Origin: Euglena gracilis
Taxonomy: Eukaryota
Length of the DNA stretch: 64,000 nt
Assembly (NCBI GenBank): GCA_039621445.1
Contig: CP154954.1
Location: forward strand, 11,133,229-11,197,228
Direction of reading: 5' to 3'
Part shown: positions 47,351-59,511 of the stretch, piece after piece
Layout of the letters: each line of letters opens with the position of its first letter
Position numbering within the stretch: position 1 is the first letter of the stretch
Position numbers and translations under genes: made by a program
Notes under the pieces: generated by a model
Database searches by the model: none
The model's input: only the letters and a program-made list of their open reading frames with translations
Told to the model about the DNA's origin: nothing

Positions 47351-50300
47351 CTATTTTGTTGCGCAGAAAGTGTTTATGTTATTGCGCTTGTTCCACAGCT
47401 TCCAATCCTGCTGGATATATCCAACAAAACTGGATGCTGGCTCCCAAGTGTCCTCCTCTGGCCCATACCCTTTCCAGCGAACTTTCCAGTAGTGCACACC
47501 CCTGTCGAGCTTGTGGTCTATTATCCTATCGACCACAAAGTCGTCCGTTTCAGGTAATCTGGAACGGGGCTTGAAATACAGGCAGGGGATAGCTTTTCCG
47601 TCTGGGGGGCTTAGGTACGGTTTGAAGTCGTCCATATGTGTTGAAGTTTTGTAAAAACGATTTCCGTCTGTTGGAATGAGTTTCTGTGATACGTGATTGG
47701 ACTGCAGAGCGGAGTGATTCCACTTCTGCAAACCACGTTTCACAGCTGACGCTACTTCGGGCGGGTCTCTCCGAGGGGATATCCCCTATGGCCGGAGGGT
47801 CTCGTCCGAAAACAATTTTGTACGGTGAGTGTGGTAATACCAACCCTGGCAAGGTATTGATGTAAAATAAACACCAATGAAGAACGGATAACCAATTCTT
47901 ACCCGAGTCAGCCAGTGAAAGGCGAAGCATATTGACAACGGATTTCACGGCTGCCTCGGCTCTACCATTGCCTTTCGGGCGGTATATAATGGAAAAATGC
48001 TGCTCAATGCCGAGTAAACCGCACAAAGTTGTGAAAAATCGCGACGAGATCAAGTGATCTTGATCACTCACGATTTCGTGCGGTAAACCCATTAAGCAGA
48101 CAATTTTTCCAGGAATATGGATGCCAAAATTTGGGCTGTCAACCCTGCTTTCCGGCATGGAATGGCTACAATGTACCCACTCAGCCGACAGACGACAACA
48201 AAAACGTAATTGTAAATTTTGTCATCTGATCCTTTGCAAGGTTCAAGTTCGATAAAATCCATGCAGAGGGACGTAAAAATGTCTGGTGGTACGGGGAAAA
48301 CGTCCATCGTACCAGGGGGGGTACCTCTGCGCGGTTTTACAGCTTGACAAATTTGGCACCGTTGCGAAATTCGCAAACAGCGCGAATATAATTCTTTTTT
48401 ACTCAGGGTTGTGCATTATCTGCGACCCACTAGTGAAAGAAGTTTGGGGGCCCCAGGGTGACCATGGTTGTGATACCTCAAAATCACATCATCAACCAGG
48501 TCTTGGGGTATACAATATTTATAACCAGAAACATTCCGGAAAATAAGCCGCAATGGTGATAGAGAGTAATTCTCTATGGATTCACCATTACTACGTCTAT
48601 TCACAATGGTACTATATATAGGGTCACGCGAATAACCCATTCGCGGAAAAATAGGGGGGTATGAGTTTCCGTACGCGTAATGCGACGGGGTGCGGCAGTG
48701 CGTCCACGCCGGCGCCTTCCACGCAATGGTGAAATGGCGATGCTGCGATATACACGGGAAACGGGTAGTGAATCGAGCATATTGTCCGCAGTGTCGGATC
48801 GACGTGCGAACTGGTCAGCCTCATGGCTGCCATGAAAAGTCGCATCACCCTCATCCGGGTTCCAAGGATAATTCCAGGGGGCTCGGCTGAGAGGATCCGC
48901 AACGTTTTGCGTGTGACCTGGGGTATAGATAACCACCAGGTGAAACTGGCTCAAGAACTCATGCCAGCGGCATCTTCTGCCAACTGATGACATGGCCTTG
49001 TTTAGGTCCTCGGTATACCAGTGTTGAAGGCTCTCATGATCCGTCAACACGCGTATCTGGACCAAGCTGCTGGCTATCCAGCTGCGGAATGTCTGGAGAA
49101 TAAGCACAATGGCATATGTCTCCTTTTCGCGAATGCTCCATTTAACCTGTCCTTTCCCGTTGTCGCCCTGCAGCTTCCTGCTGAAGACAGCCACAGGTCG
49201 GAGTTCATTCGCCGCATTATGCGGGCTAAGAACCCCGCCAACTGCGTAATCGCTGCTGTCGACTTCCAGGACATACGGTTTATATGGTTCCGCGATATCG
49301 AGAACCACGTTCTCGAGCAGCAAGTTCTTGATTTTATTCAAGGCCTCGCGCATTTGGTCATCCCAAATGACTTTTGCGTTATCGGGTGTCCGATTTTTGA
49401 GTTGTCGGGTTAGGGGTATCGCGATTTTCGCGAAATCTTTCATATAAACCGCGTAATATTGGGCTAATCCCAAAAATCCCTTTAAATGCGTTAAGGTCTT
49501 AATGACCACAGGAGTCCATTTCTTAATGGCATCCATCTTACTGGGTGCGGCTTTACGCTGCCCGTTGCTCAGGATGTGTCCGCAAAACTTAATAATTTTG
49601 CGAAACAGGTGCATTTTGGAACCCTTCACAAAAAGCACATGCTTTTGGAACGCGGATAACAGCGCCCGCACATCGCGATAATGCGGTTCGAGGATATCCT
49701 CGCCCGATTTCGCGGATGGTGGTTGGGATCCCACCAGTACATCATCGATGTACACCAGAGCAAACGGTAAAACGCGCAAAACCCACTCTATCATGCGTTG
49801 AAACATGGCTGGGCCATTCTTATCACCCATGGGGAGTACCATCCATTGGTACACACCCTTGGATGTCACAAATGCCGTGTACGGTTGCGAATCAGGATGC
49901 AAATGCATCTGATGGAAACCGTCTTCCAGATCAAAGATTGACCACAACCGGTTATCCGATTGTCTGGTGATCAAATCCTCGATCAGCGGTAACGGGGAGG
50001 GGTCATCCCTCGTTTGGAAGTTCAGGTACCGGTAATCCAGCACTAGTCTCCACTTCTTCTGACCAGACTGGTCAGCAGGTTTGGGCACCACAAAATCCTG
50101 TGATGTCCATTCGCTCTTGGAAGGGATAACCCACTTCCGCTGGATGAGCTTCTCAATCATCTCTTTCAGAGCTTGCTCGCGTTCACCTGAACAACGGAAG
50201 AATTTCCGGTGCATGGGTTTAGCGCCATCCTTGAGCTCGATTTTGCAAACACCGAACGGACCGCGAATCGCGGGGTCGATGTCGCAGGCGTATACTGGGT

Positions 50301-52294
50301 TATCCAGTACACCATGAAATTCGCGAGTAATTCGCGAACAGTAGTCAGCAGACTTGGGGTGTTGGTCCGCACTCTCAACGACCGCAGAAATCTGCGTTGA
50401 GGGTGTGGCATCCCAATTGGTACCAAGGTATCTTGGCACACACACATCGGATATTCCGAGTGCGTCGAAGAAACAAATGCGAAAAATGATTTGTTTAACA
50501 GGTGGTAATAATATACCACAAAAGTCCTCGAATAGTGGTACATCAGCGGGTAAATCCCACGAATGAAAACACACAGAGGATAGTTGGTGAAACCAATCTG
50601 CATTCGGACTGACAGGTATGAGGGGAGCTCGCCGCGTTTCATCGCGGGGGATTTTCTCCACCACATCCGGGATAAGTTTTGGGGGAGGGTGCATCCAGAG
50701 GACCGTATCACCCCAAAATTTTAGAAACACGTTGGAATGTCGCGACCAATATCGTGACAAGCGCGCATGCGCTTTTGATGAAAACGCATCAATTTCCAAC
50801 GACAAATCGAAGGAATCGGCCAAAACCGCCATTTTGGAGGACGATCCCTCCAAAATACGGTATTGACCAAAATTAAATGCGTTCCATACACGCATCACGT
50901 ACGTGTCGACCTGGTTCGTGGCAATTCAGGGATCCGCAAACATAAGTCAAGGGTGTGTTATCCACACTCCCTAGGGGCATTCCCAAGGGTTGATGGGTTG
51001 GATGGGTTAATACCCAGTCCGTATCATGCGAGATGGAGGTGGGGGAGGTGTGTGACACGGATTTCGCGGTCCCAAACAACAAGGCAATACCTCGTTGTTG
51101 GAGCACTTGATGTACGGTCGCACATTGCGATCCGCAACCAAGTGTATGGTTACGCGAAATCGGGATTAGTGTTGGTGTTTGGACTAGACATCCACAATCG
51201 AAATCTGTCTGGGCAGAAATTCTCCTTCAGTGCACACATTGGAAGGTAGTGTCGGAGTAGTGGTCCTGGTCGCGCATGTTGGTCTGGTGGGTGTGTGTGT
51301 AAAAGTTGGAATGCGCTCTTGTAGCTGCTGGGGGCTGTACAGATGTATCTGAAAGCGATACATCTGGTGGAAAACGGGGTGTTGGTGCAGCTGGGCGACT
51401 ACTGGACACCGTACGTACTTCGGGCCTTTGGGCTTTCGTCTTGTAACCCAGTGGAACGAGGGGGGTACCGCTACTCGCTTGCCCTGCCTCATGGGGAACG
51501 GACGTTGGTGTGTCAATGGGCAGGGGGTGAACTTTCTCGGTACACCCGGTGTGGAAAACGTTGGTTGGTGTGGTTGGTAACGGGGTAAAAAATTTTGAAA
51601 ACGGTGTGAAAAAATTGGTGGTCGTCGCGGTTGACGCCACAGGTGCTGAAGGTTTGAAGGGCAATGAAGAGAATGGTGATGTGCGCAAACCGTGGCAGTG
51701 GCAATCCACTACCAGCCGGTGCTGACGTGAAAAGGGGTATCCCAGAATTACGTCAGAACCATGGATTCCGGATTAGGATCCCCAGGTGTCCGGAAAATTT
51801 TGTGGTTGGGGGGGGTGTGAGTGGTGCTTGGGGATGAGGGGTAGGACAATGTCGAAAAAGCATCCCAAGTCACCACCACACATGGGGGTGTTGTCAGCCG
51901 TCGTAATTTTGCTCGGATTCTTGGCTTTCACCAAGAGGGGGGTTGGTATCAACCCGAACCGAAAAAGTAGTGCAATGCGACAACCAGTGTCAATGATAAT
52001 TCTGACTTTTGCACAAAAATTTTGTATTTTGGTTTCCGCTTGGACCAAAAGTTCCATGGGGGGTAAGCAAAGTGAAGGGTCTGGCGAAAATAAGTTTTCT
52101 TACCAGCTTTCCCACCAACCCTTTCCTACTTTGCACAACATTCCGAGCAAAAAGTTGGAGTGGGGGGTGGGGGACCCGAAAATTTCCCGGGTACCGACCA
52201 GAAAGGCAGATGGGCAGGGGCGGCAGGGTTGATGAGGTCCTACATCCATCTGTTCACCAGCCCAGAGGTCCGTGCCCTCGGACCTCGGGCTCCC
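47351..52294 (-). pseudogene. pol: Pol of element B (PR, MTase-like, RT, RNase H, integrase, chromodomain)
   Basis: IIDTGC; a single 765-aa ORF (48601-50898) contains EIDAFSS...WMHPPPKLI, then RT (YIDD) and RNase H; integrase and chromodomain lie downstream. Confidence 0.94.
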
Positions 52295-55287
52295 CTACTC
52301 CAGGTCCGAACCGGCCGAATAGCCGGCTATGGGCCTTTTAGAGGTGTAAACGGATTTCAACGTGCGCACTGCCATGCGGGCACCGGCTGACCTACCCCGA
52401 GGGGTACTGTGTTTCCGCTCATCGCGGAACGGGATTCGGGAGCTAATACCACCGGAACGGGGACCCGATGACCGTGAATTGCCTGATTGGCGTGAAAATG
52501 CGGAGGAACCCGAACCCCGTGAAGATGTCGAGCCTCGCGGACTCTTAATACGCTTACGCGCTTCAGGATTAGGACATTCCCGAGACATATGTCCCGCTTT
52601 GTTGCACAAAAAGCGCACGTTATCCGTGGCTTGGTCCGAAGAACGCGGATATCGCGTTTTCGATCCGGTGGTAGGTGAAGTGGGTGAAACCGGTGATTTT
52701 TGCAATGCGTTCACCGAACCAGCCGGTAATCCACCGGTTGGGTGTGCGTTATACGCGGATTGAATCTGACCAAGAAGCTGTGATAGCTTCAACTGCTTGG
52801 AAACGTAATTCCAGCGTTGGTCAAGAGGCATTGGATGACTCGCCAACTCCTCACGGTGGATATCCTTGATGAGGCTAGGCGTGAAATGCAGGAGAACAGC
52901 ATCAAACTGTTCGCGCACTTGCTTTTCACTGAGTTCATCCACTTCAGCGGCAAGTCCTAACCATTTGGCATACCAAAGGTCAATGGACTTCCACTTGCGG
53001 TCGGGTGGGGCGCATTGCCGCCACTTGGTCTCCAGGGTAATCCTAGCGACCAAACTTGAACTGGTGGAAGCGTATTGCTCCACCAGGTCATCAAAGGAAA
53101 CGCGGTAGCTAATAACGAGTTGTCGCGCGCGTTCCTTCTCATCCCTTGGGAGGCAATCGATGAAGTCCATCTTGATCACCTCCGGGTTTGTGTCCTGGGT
53201 TGGCCCTTTCATTGCCCAGTAGTACTCCCAGTCCCGGAAAAACTGTCTCCATGTGGTTGGATCACCGTCCCATTGGGGTTTCACCTTATTCGCGATTGCG
53301 ATGGTGCCCTTGAAGTCTTTCTGAACAACCCAATGACCCTCGGTGGTATTCCGCGGTTTTGGGCCTGGGTACGCTCGAGCACCAAGCGTATCCTTTCCGG
53401 ATTCCTGTCGGAATCACGAGATTTCTGGTGAAGGTGAATCCTGGTACCGGAAATACGGTCGCAAACCCTGTTGGTCACCCGTAATACGGGGACTCTCCGG
53501 TGTGAGGGTATGTGGCGCATGCAACGTGTGGCCCACTCCCGGTGTACGGGTTTGGCTCATTCCTAGCACAAGCATGGAATGATGGATTTCATGGTGGAGA
53601 CTTGGCGGAATCGCCGTGTTTTCCGCAAATTCGGTTCCCGTAATTGGAAATTCATCCGAAAACTAGGTTTGGGTTGTGGGCAAGGCCAATGGTGGCACAT
53701 TTCGCGGAATCGCGGATTGTGACACTCGGGATACGGGTGGTGATTTGGCGCAACTTCGGCAATGCATACTGCCGAATTGCGGTGTGAAACCCGCTGTTGG
53801 TTGGACACATTATCCAAACCCACAGACAAGTCATGCACACTTTGCTCCAAATGCTCAACGAGTTGGAGTTGGTCGCAAATATGGTCAATTTCATCCTCCA
53901 AAACGCGAATACGCTTGCGGTAACGGGAAAAGTCATCCAAGTGCGGAATCCTTTCGGAAATTACGGTAACATCTTGGACAAGCTTCCCGTGAGACTTATC
54001 CAATGATTGGAGTTGTCCCATTAATGCTTTTACAGCATTTGACAGAATCTGCAAAGGTGATGTTACCTTGGTTGGTGTGGTGGTGGGTGCCACCGGTGCA
54101 GGGTTATCCGACAACGCGGTTGTGGTACCCACGGCAAATTTCCGGGTTGTGGTTTATCCAAAAACGCGGAAATTCGCTCATCCAACCTGGTGATCTCACT
54201 TAGCGTGGATCAGGCGTTCCGATTCACCGATTCCTCGGTGGGAAAGTGCGGAATTGCTTTGTTGCAAACCCACAATGGCCGAGTTAATCCCGCCAATGTC
54301 GGATTGCAACTGCAACTGCAGAGAATCCTGCCGTTGTGCTACTTCCGCTACTTTCGCGCTCAGATTGGACAATCCAACGTGATTCGCGTCACAATAGCAG
54401 GTTTTCTGATCCAAGCGGGAAAGTCGCTCCTCCAACTGCCGCACATACGTGTGGGGAGCAAAATTCTCGTTGGCTTGTGACTGGAATTGCCGAAACGTTT
54501 CCGTTTCATCGCACAACTGCATAATGCGGTGTTGCAATTCATGGAAAGTTGCGGACAATGTGGTGAAATGGTCCATAGACACAAATCCACCACTGCTGGA
54601 TGTTGCAGACGAGAAATCTCGTGCATGCAACTGTTGTTGCAAATGCAACAACGAGGAGGAACGGGACTCCATTTGTCCCGATAACTGTCGTAGTGAGTCA
54701 TGCAAGTGCAGAAACTTGGAGTCATTCCGCGTTTCCGCTTCATGCATGCATTCACTAATTTGCCGGAAGTTTTGCGGGAGTTGTTGGCACATTTTGTCAA
54801 AGGTTTCCCGAAAGTTTGCAAGGTCAATACCCGCACTTTCGAAATTCCTCTGGCAATATTTGCCAACTTCCTGCAAGTAATTCCAGCAGTATTCCAGCTT
54901 GGTTAAGACATGTTTTTGGTTGTCCTCATCAAACTGGAGCACTTTGTTGAGTGCGGTTGCACAATCTGCAACGCATTGTTGCACATGGTTGAACTGCCTC
55001 ACAAGGGGGTGATCCCCGGGAAGCCGAGCAACGATATCCTGCACATCCTCAGCAGTGAGGAGCTCCACAGTGCCCTTCCCATAGCCATCCATGTGTTGGG
55101 ACGTACCAGAGTATTCTGGTACCACTAGGCGAGTCTCCGGTTGCCAAGGTAGTGCGGGATAGCACCCAAGATCGGGTGGTGGTGGCAAAGCTCTGTAAGG
55201 GCTTGCCGGTGGACGAACGGGTGGTGGTTGAAAGAAACACGGGGTTTCCAACCCACCATCACCAGAGAAGCCCGGTGGCGGAATCAC
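52295..55287 (-). pseudogene. gag: Gag of element B (5'-truncated, internal deletions)
   Basis: PQWDGDPTTWRQFF motif; degenerate knuckle RFLCNKAGHMSREC; ends SDLE-TAG. Confidence 0.85.
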
Positions 55288-58200
55288 TCAGCCACCGGGC
55301 TTCTCTGGTGATGGTGGGCTGGAAACCCGGTGTTTCTTTCAAACACCACCCGTTCGTCCACCGGCAAGCCCTTACAGAGCTTTGCCACCACCACCCGATA
55401 TTGGGTGCTATCCCGCACTACCTTGGCAACCGGATACTCGCCTAGTAGTACCAGAATTCTCTGGTACGTTCCAACCCATGGATGGCTATGGGAAGGGCAC
55501 TGGGGAGCTCCTCACTGCTGGGGATATGCAGGATATCGTTGCTCGGCTTCCGGGGGATCACCCTCTTGTGAGGCAGTTCAACCATGTGCAACAATGTGTT
55601 GCAGATTGTGCAACCGCACTCAACAAAGTGCTCCAGTTTGATGAGGACACCCAAAAACATGTCTTCACCAAGCTGGAATACTGCTGGAATAACTTGCAGG
55701 AAGTTGGCAAATATTGCCAGAGGAATTTCGAAAGTGCGGGTATTGACCTTGCAAACTTTCGGGAAACCTTTGACAAAATACGCCAACAACTCCCGCAAAA
55801 CTTCCGGCTAATTAGTGAATGCATGCATGAAGCGGAAACGCGGAATGACTCCAAGTTTCTGCACTTGCATGTCTCACTACACCAGTTATCGGGACAAATG
55901 GAGTCCTGTTCATCCGCGTTGTTGCATTTGCAACAACAGTTGCATGCACGAAATTCCTCGTCTGCAACATCCAGCACTGGTTGATTTGTGTCTATGGACC
56001 ATTTCACCACATTGTCCGCAACTTTCCATGAATCGCAACACCGCATTATGCAGTTGTGCGATGAAACGGAAAAGTTTCGGCAATTCCAGTCACAAGCCAA
56101 CGAGAATTTTGCTCCCCACACGTATGTGCGGCAGTTGGAGGAGCGACTTTCCCGCTTGGATAAGAAAACCTGCTATTGTGACGCAAATCAGGTTGGATTA
56201 GCCAATCTGAGCGCGAAAGTCGCAGAAGTAGCACAACGGCAGGATTCCCTGCAGTTGCAGTTGCAATCCGACATTGGCGGGATTAAATCGGCCATTGCGG
56301 GTTTGCAACAAAGCTATTCCGCACTTTCCCACCGAGTTCCGGACATTAGCGGTATTCAGACTGCCATTGTGGAACTTGAGACCGGTATGCATCGGTGTCT
56401 ACCAAAGTGACGGAAATGCAGTCTTTGCCTGCAGGTAATCCGGGAACCCTGATTACCGAGAACCCTGATTTCAAGGCATTTTATGACAACATGCTCACTG
56501 ACAATCAGGAAACCTTGCAAGATTTCTCCAACACAGCCTATTACGGCTTGAGGAATCGGTGAATCGGAATGCCCGATCCACGCAAGGTGAGATTACCAGG
56601 TTGGATGAGCGAATTTCCGCGTTTTTGGATAAGCCACCACCCGGAAATTTGCACGTGGGTACCACAACCGCGTTGTCGGATAACCCTGCACCGGTTGCAC
56701 CCCCACCACACCAACCAAGGTAACATCACCTTTGCAGACTCTGTCAAATGCTGTAAAAGCACTAATGGGACAACTCCAAATATTGGATGAGTCTCACGGG
56801 AACCTTGTCCAAGATCTTACCGTAATTTCCGAAAGGATTCCGCACTTGGATGACTTTTCCCGTTACCGCAAGCGTATTCGCGCTTTGGAGGATGAAGTTG
56901 ACCGTATTTGCGGCCAACTCCAACTCGTTGAGCATTTGGAGCAAAGTGTGCATGACTTGTCTGTGGTTTTGGATAATGTGTCCAACCAACAGCGGGTTTC
57001 ACACCGCAAATCGGCAGTATGTATTGCCAAAGATGCCTCAAATGTTCCAGAGTCGCGTTTCCATAACCCGGCTCTGGGTGCACATGCACCACCACCACCC
57101 GTGTCCCGATTGTCACAACCCGCGAGTCCGCGAATTGTGCCACCATTGGCCTTGCCCACAACCCAAACCCAGTTTTCGGATGAATTTCCCATTACGGGAA
57201 CCGAATTTTCAGAAAAAAACGCCGATTCCGCCAAGTCTCCACCAAGAAATACAGCATTCCATGCTTGTGCGTGGAATGAGCCAAACCCGTACACCGGGAG
57301 TGGGTCACATGTTGCATGCGCGACATACCCCTACACCGGAGAGTCCCCGTATTACGGGTGACCAACAGGGTTTGCGACCGTATTTCCGGTACCAGGATTC
57401 ACCTTCACCAGAAATCTCGTGATTCTGACAGGAATCCGGAAAGGAGACGCTTGGTGCTCGAGCGTACCCAGGCCCAAAACCGCGGAATACCACCGAGGGT
57501 CATTGGGTTTCTCAGAAAGACTTCAAGGGCACCATCGCAATCGCGAAAAGGGTGAAACCCCAATGGGACGGTGATCCAACCACATGGAGACAGTTTTTCC
57601 GGGACTTGGAGTACTACTGGGCATTAAAAGGGCCAACCCAGGACACAAACCCGGAGGTGATCAAGATGGAATTCATCGATTGCCTCCCTAGGGATGAGAA
57701 GGAGCGCGCACGACAACTCGTGATTCGCTACCGCGTTTCCTTTGATGACGTGGTGGAGCAATACGCTTCCACCAGTTCAAGTTTGGTCGCTAGGATTACC
57801 CTAGAGACCAAGTGGCGGCAATGCGCCCCACCCGATCGCAAGTGGAAGTCCATTGACCTTTGGTATGCCAAATGGTTAGGACTTGCCGCTGAAGTGGATG
57901 AACTCAGTGAAAAGCAAATGCGCGAACAGTTTGATGCTGTTCTCCTGCACTTAACGCCTAGCCTCATCAAGGATATGCACCGTGAGGAGTTGGCGAGTCA
58001 TCCAATGACTCTTGACCAACGCTGGAACTACGTTTCCAAGCAATTGAAGCTATCACAGCTTCTTGGTCAGATTCAATCCGTGTATAACACACACCCAACC
58101 GCTGGATTACCAGCTGGTTCGGTGAACGCATTCCAAAAATAGCAGGTTTCACCCACTTCACCAAACACGGGATCGAAAACGCGATACCCGCGTTCTTCGG

Positions 58201-59511
58201 ACCAAGCCACGGATAAAGTGTGCTTTTTGTGCAACAAAGCGGGACATATGTCTCGGGAATGTCCTAATCCTGATGCGTGTAAGCGTATTCAGAGTCCGCG
58301 AGGCTCGACCTCATCACGAGGTTCGGGTTCCTCCGCATTTTCACGCCAATCTGGCACTTCACGGTCATCGGGTCCCCGTTCCGGTGGTATTAGCCCCCGG
58401 ATCCCGTTCTGCGATGAGCGGAAACATGGTAACCCCTCGGGGTAAGTCACCCGGTGCCCCGGCCAAGAAGCGTGATTCTCATCGCGAGACATCGCGATCG
58501 CGTTCGCGAATCGGATCATCTTCTTCGCGATCCTCATCGGGAAAACCCCGATACACCGGTCATGGTCGACGGGATATCCGGTCACCACGACGGTTTGACG
58601 GGAAATCGGGAAACCGATCCCCCCGTTACCCAGAATCGCGACACAAATCTCGGTGTTCGCTTTGTGGATCGAGTGATCACCACTCATCCAAATGACTGCG
58701 TTCTCGTTCTCCCCGCCCTGGCCAACGTCACCGCGGTATGAACCGCGGTGACAAGTGTCACTCCTCCAACCGCCATAAAGTCGGTTTCAAGATATCTTGT
58801 TTGGAGGATGACACCCCGGCTTCGGGCAGGGAGGGGGATGAGACCACGGATACCGATTTCGACGAGGCCCGCATGGCGGTGCGCACGTTGAAAGCCGTGT
58901 ATACCTCTAAAAGGCCCATAGCCGGCTATTCGGCCGGTTCGGACCTGGAGTAGGGGAGCCCGAGGTCCGAGAGCACGGACCTCTGGGCTGATGAACAGAT
59001 GGAGGTAGGACCTGATCAACCCTGCCCCCCCTGCCCATCTGCCTTTCTGGTCGGTACCCGGGAAATTTTCGGGTCCCCCACCCCCCACTCCAGCTTTCCG
59101 CTCGGAATGTTGTGCAAAGTAGGAAAGGGTTCATGGGAAAGCTGGCAAGAAAACGTATTTTCGCCAGACCCTTCACTTTGCTTACCCCCCATGGAACTTT
59201 TGGTCCAAGCGGAAATCAAAATCCAAAATTTTTGTGCAAAAGTCAAAATTCTCATTGACACTGGTTGTCGCATTGCACTACTTTTTCGGTTCGGGTTGAT
59301 ACCAACCCCTCTCTTGGTGAAAGCCAAGAATCCGATCACAATTACGACGGCTGACAACACCCCCATGTGCGGTGGTGACTTGGGATGCTTTTTGGACATT
59401 GTCCTACCCCTCATCCCCAAGCACCACTCACACCACCCCCAACCGCAAAATTTTCCGGATACCTGGGGATACGAATCTGGAATCCACGGTTCTGACGTAA
59501 TTCTGGGATAC
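55288..59511 (+). pseudogene. gag: Gag-protease remnant B' in inverted (head-to-head) orientation to B, cut by insertion of D
   Basis: CFLCNKAGHMSREC, CSLCGSSDHHSSK, SDLE-TAG, LIDTGC...DVILGY; reverse-complement homologue of 51737-55287. Confidence 0.9.
58951..58989 (+). promoter_or_regulatory. Putative gag-pol UAG readthrough signal (UAG-GGG plus 13-bp stem-loop)
   Basis: gag and pol frames are identical either side of the TAG. Stem AGCCC-GAGGTCCG/CGGACCTC-T-GGGCT; the same signal is at 25238-25276 and 52259-52297. Confidence 0.7.

Larger units (their letters stand above)
40514..55287 (-). mobile_element. Ty3/Gypsy chromovirus-type element, copy B (same family as A; 3' LTR present, 5'-truncated in gag)
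   Basis: 3' LTR, PPT GGGAGGGGGA 40829-40838, ORF3, pol and gag collinear with A. Confidence 0.93.

Noticed and set aside
47329-47382. Short duplication of AGAAAGTGTTTATGTT at the end of pol in B
   Set aside because: Absent from A; looks like a local repair or slippage duplication
48601-50898. DIRS-type element because of the MTase domain
   Set aside because: DDE integrase with chromodomain, an aspartic protease, direct LTRs with PBS and PPT, and no tyrosine recombinase
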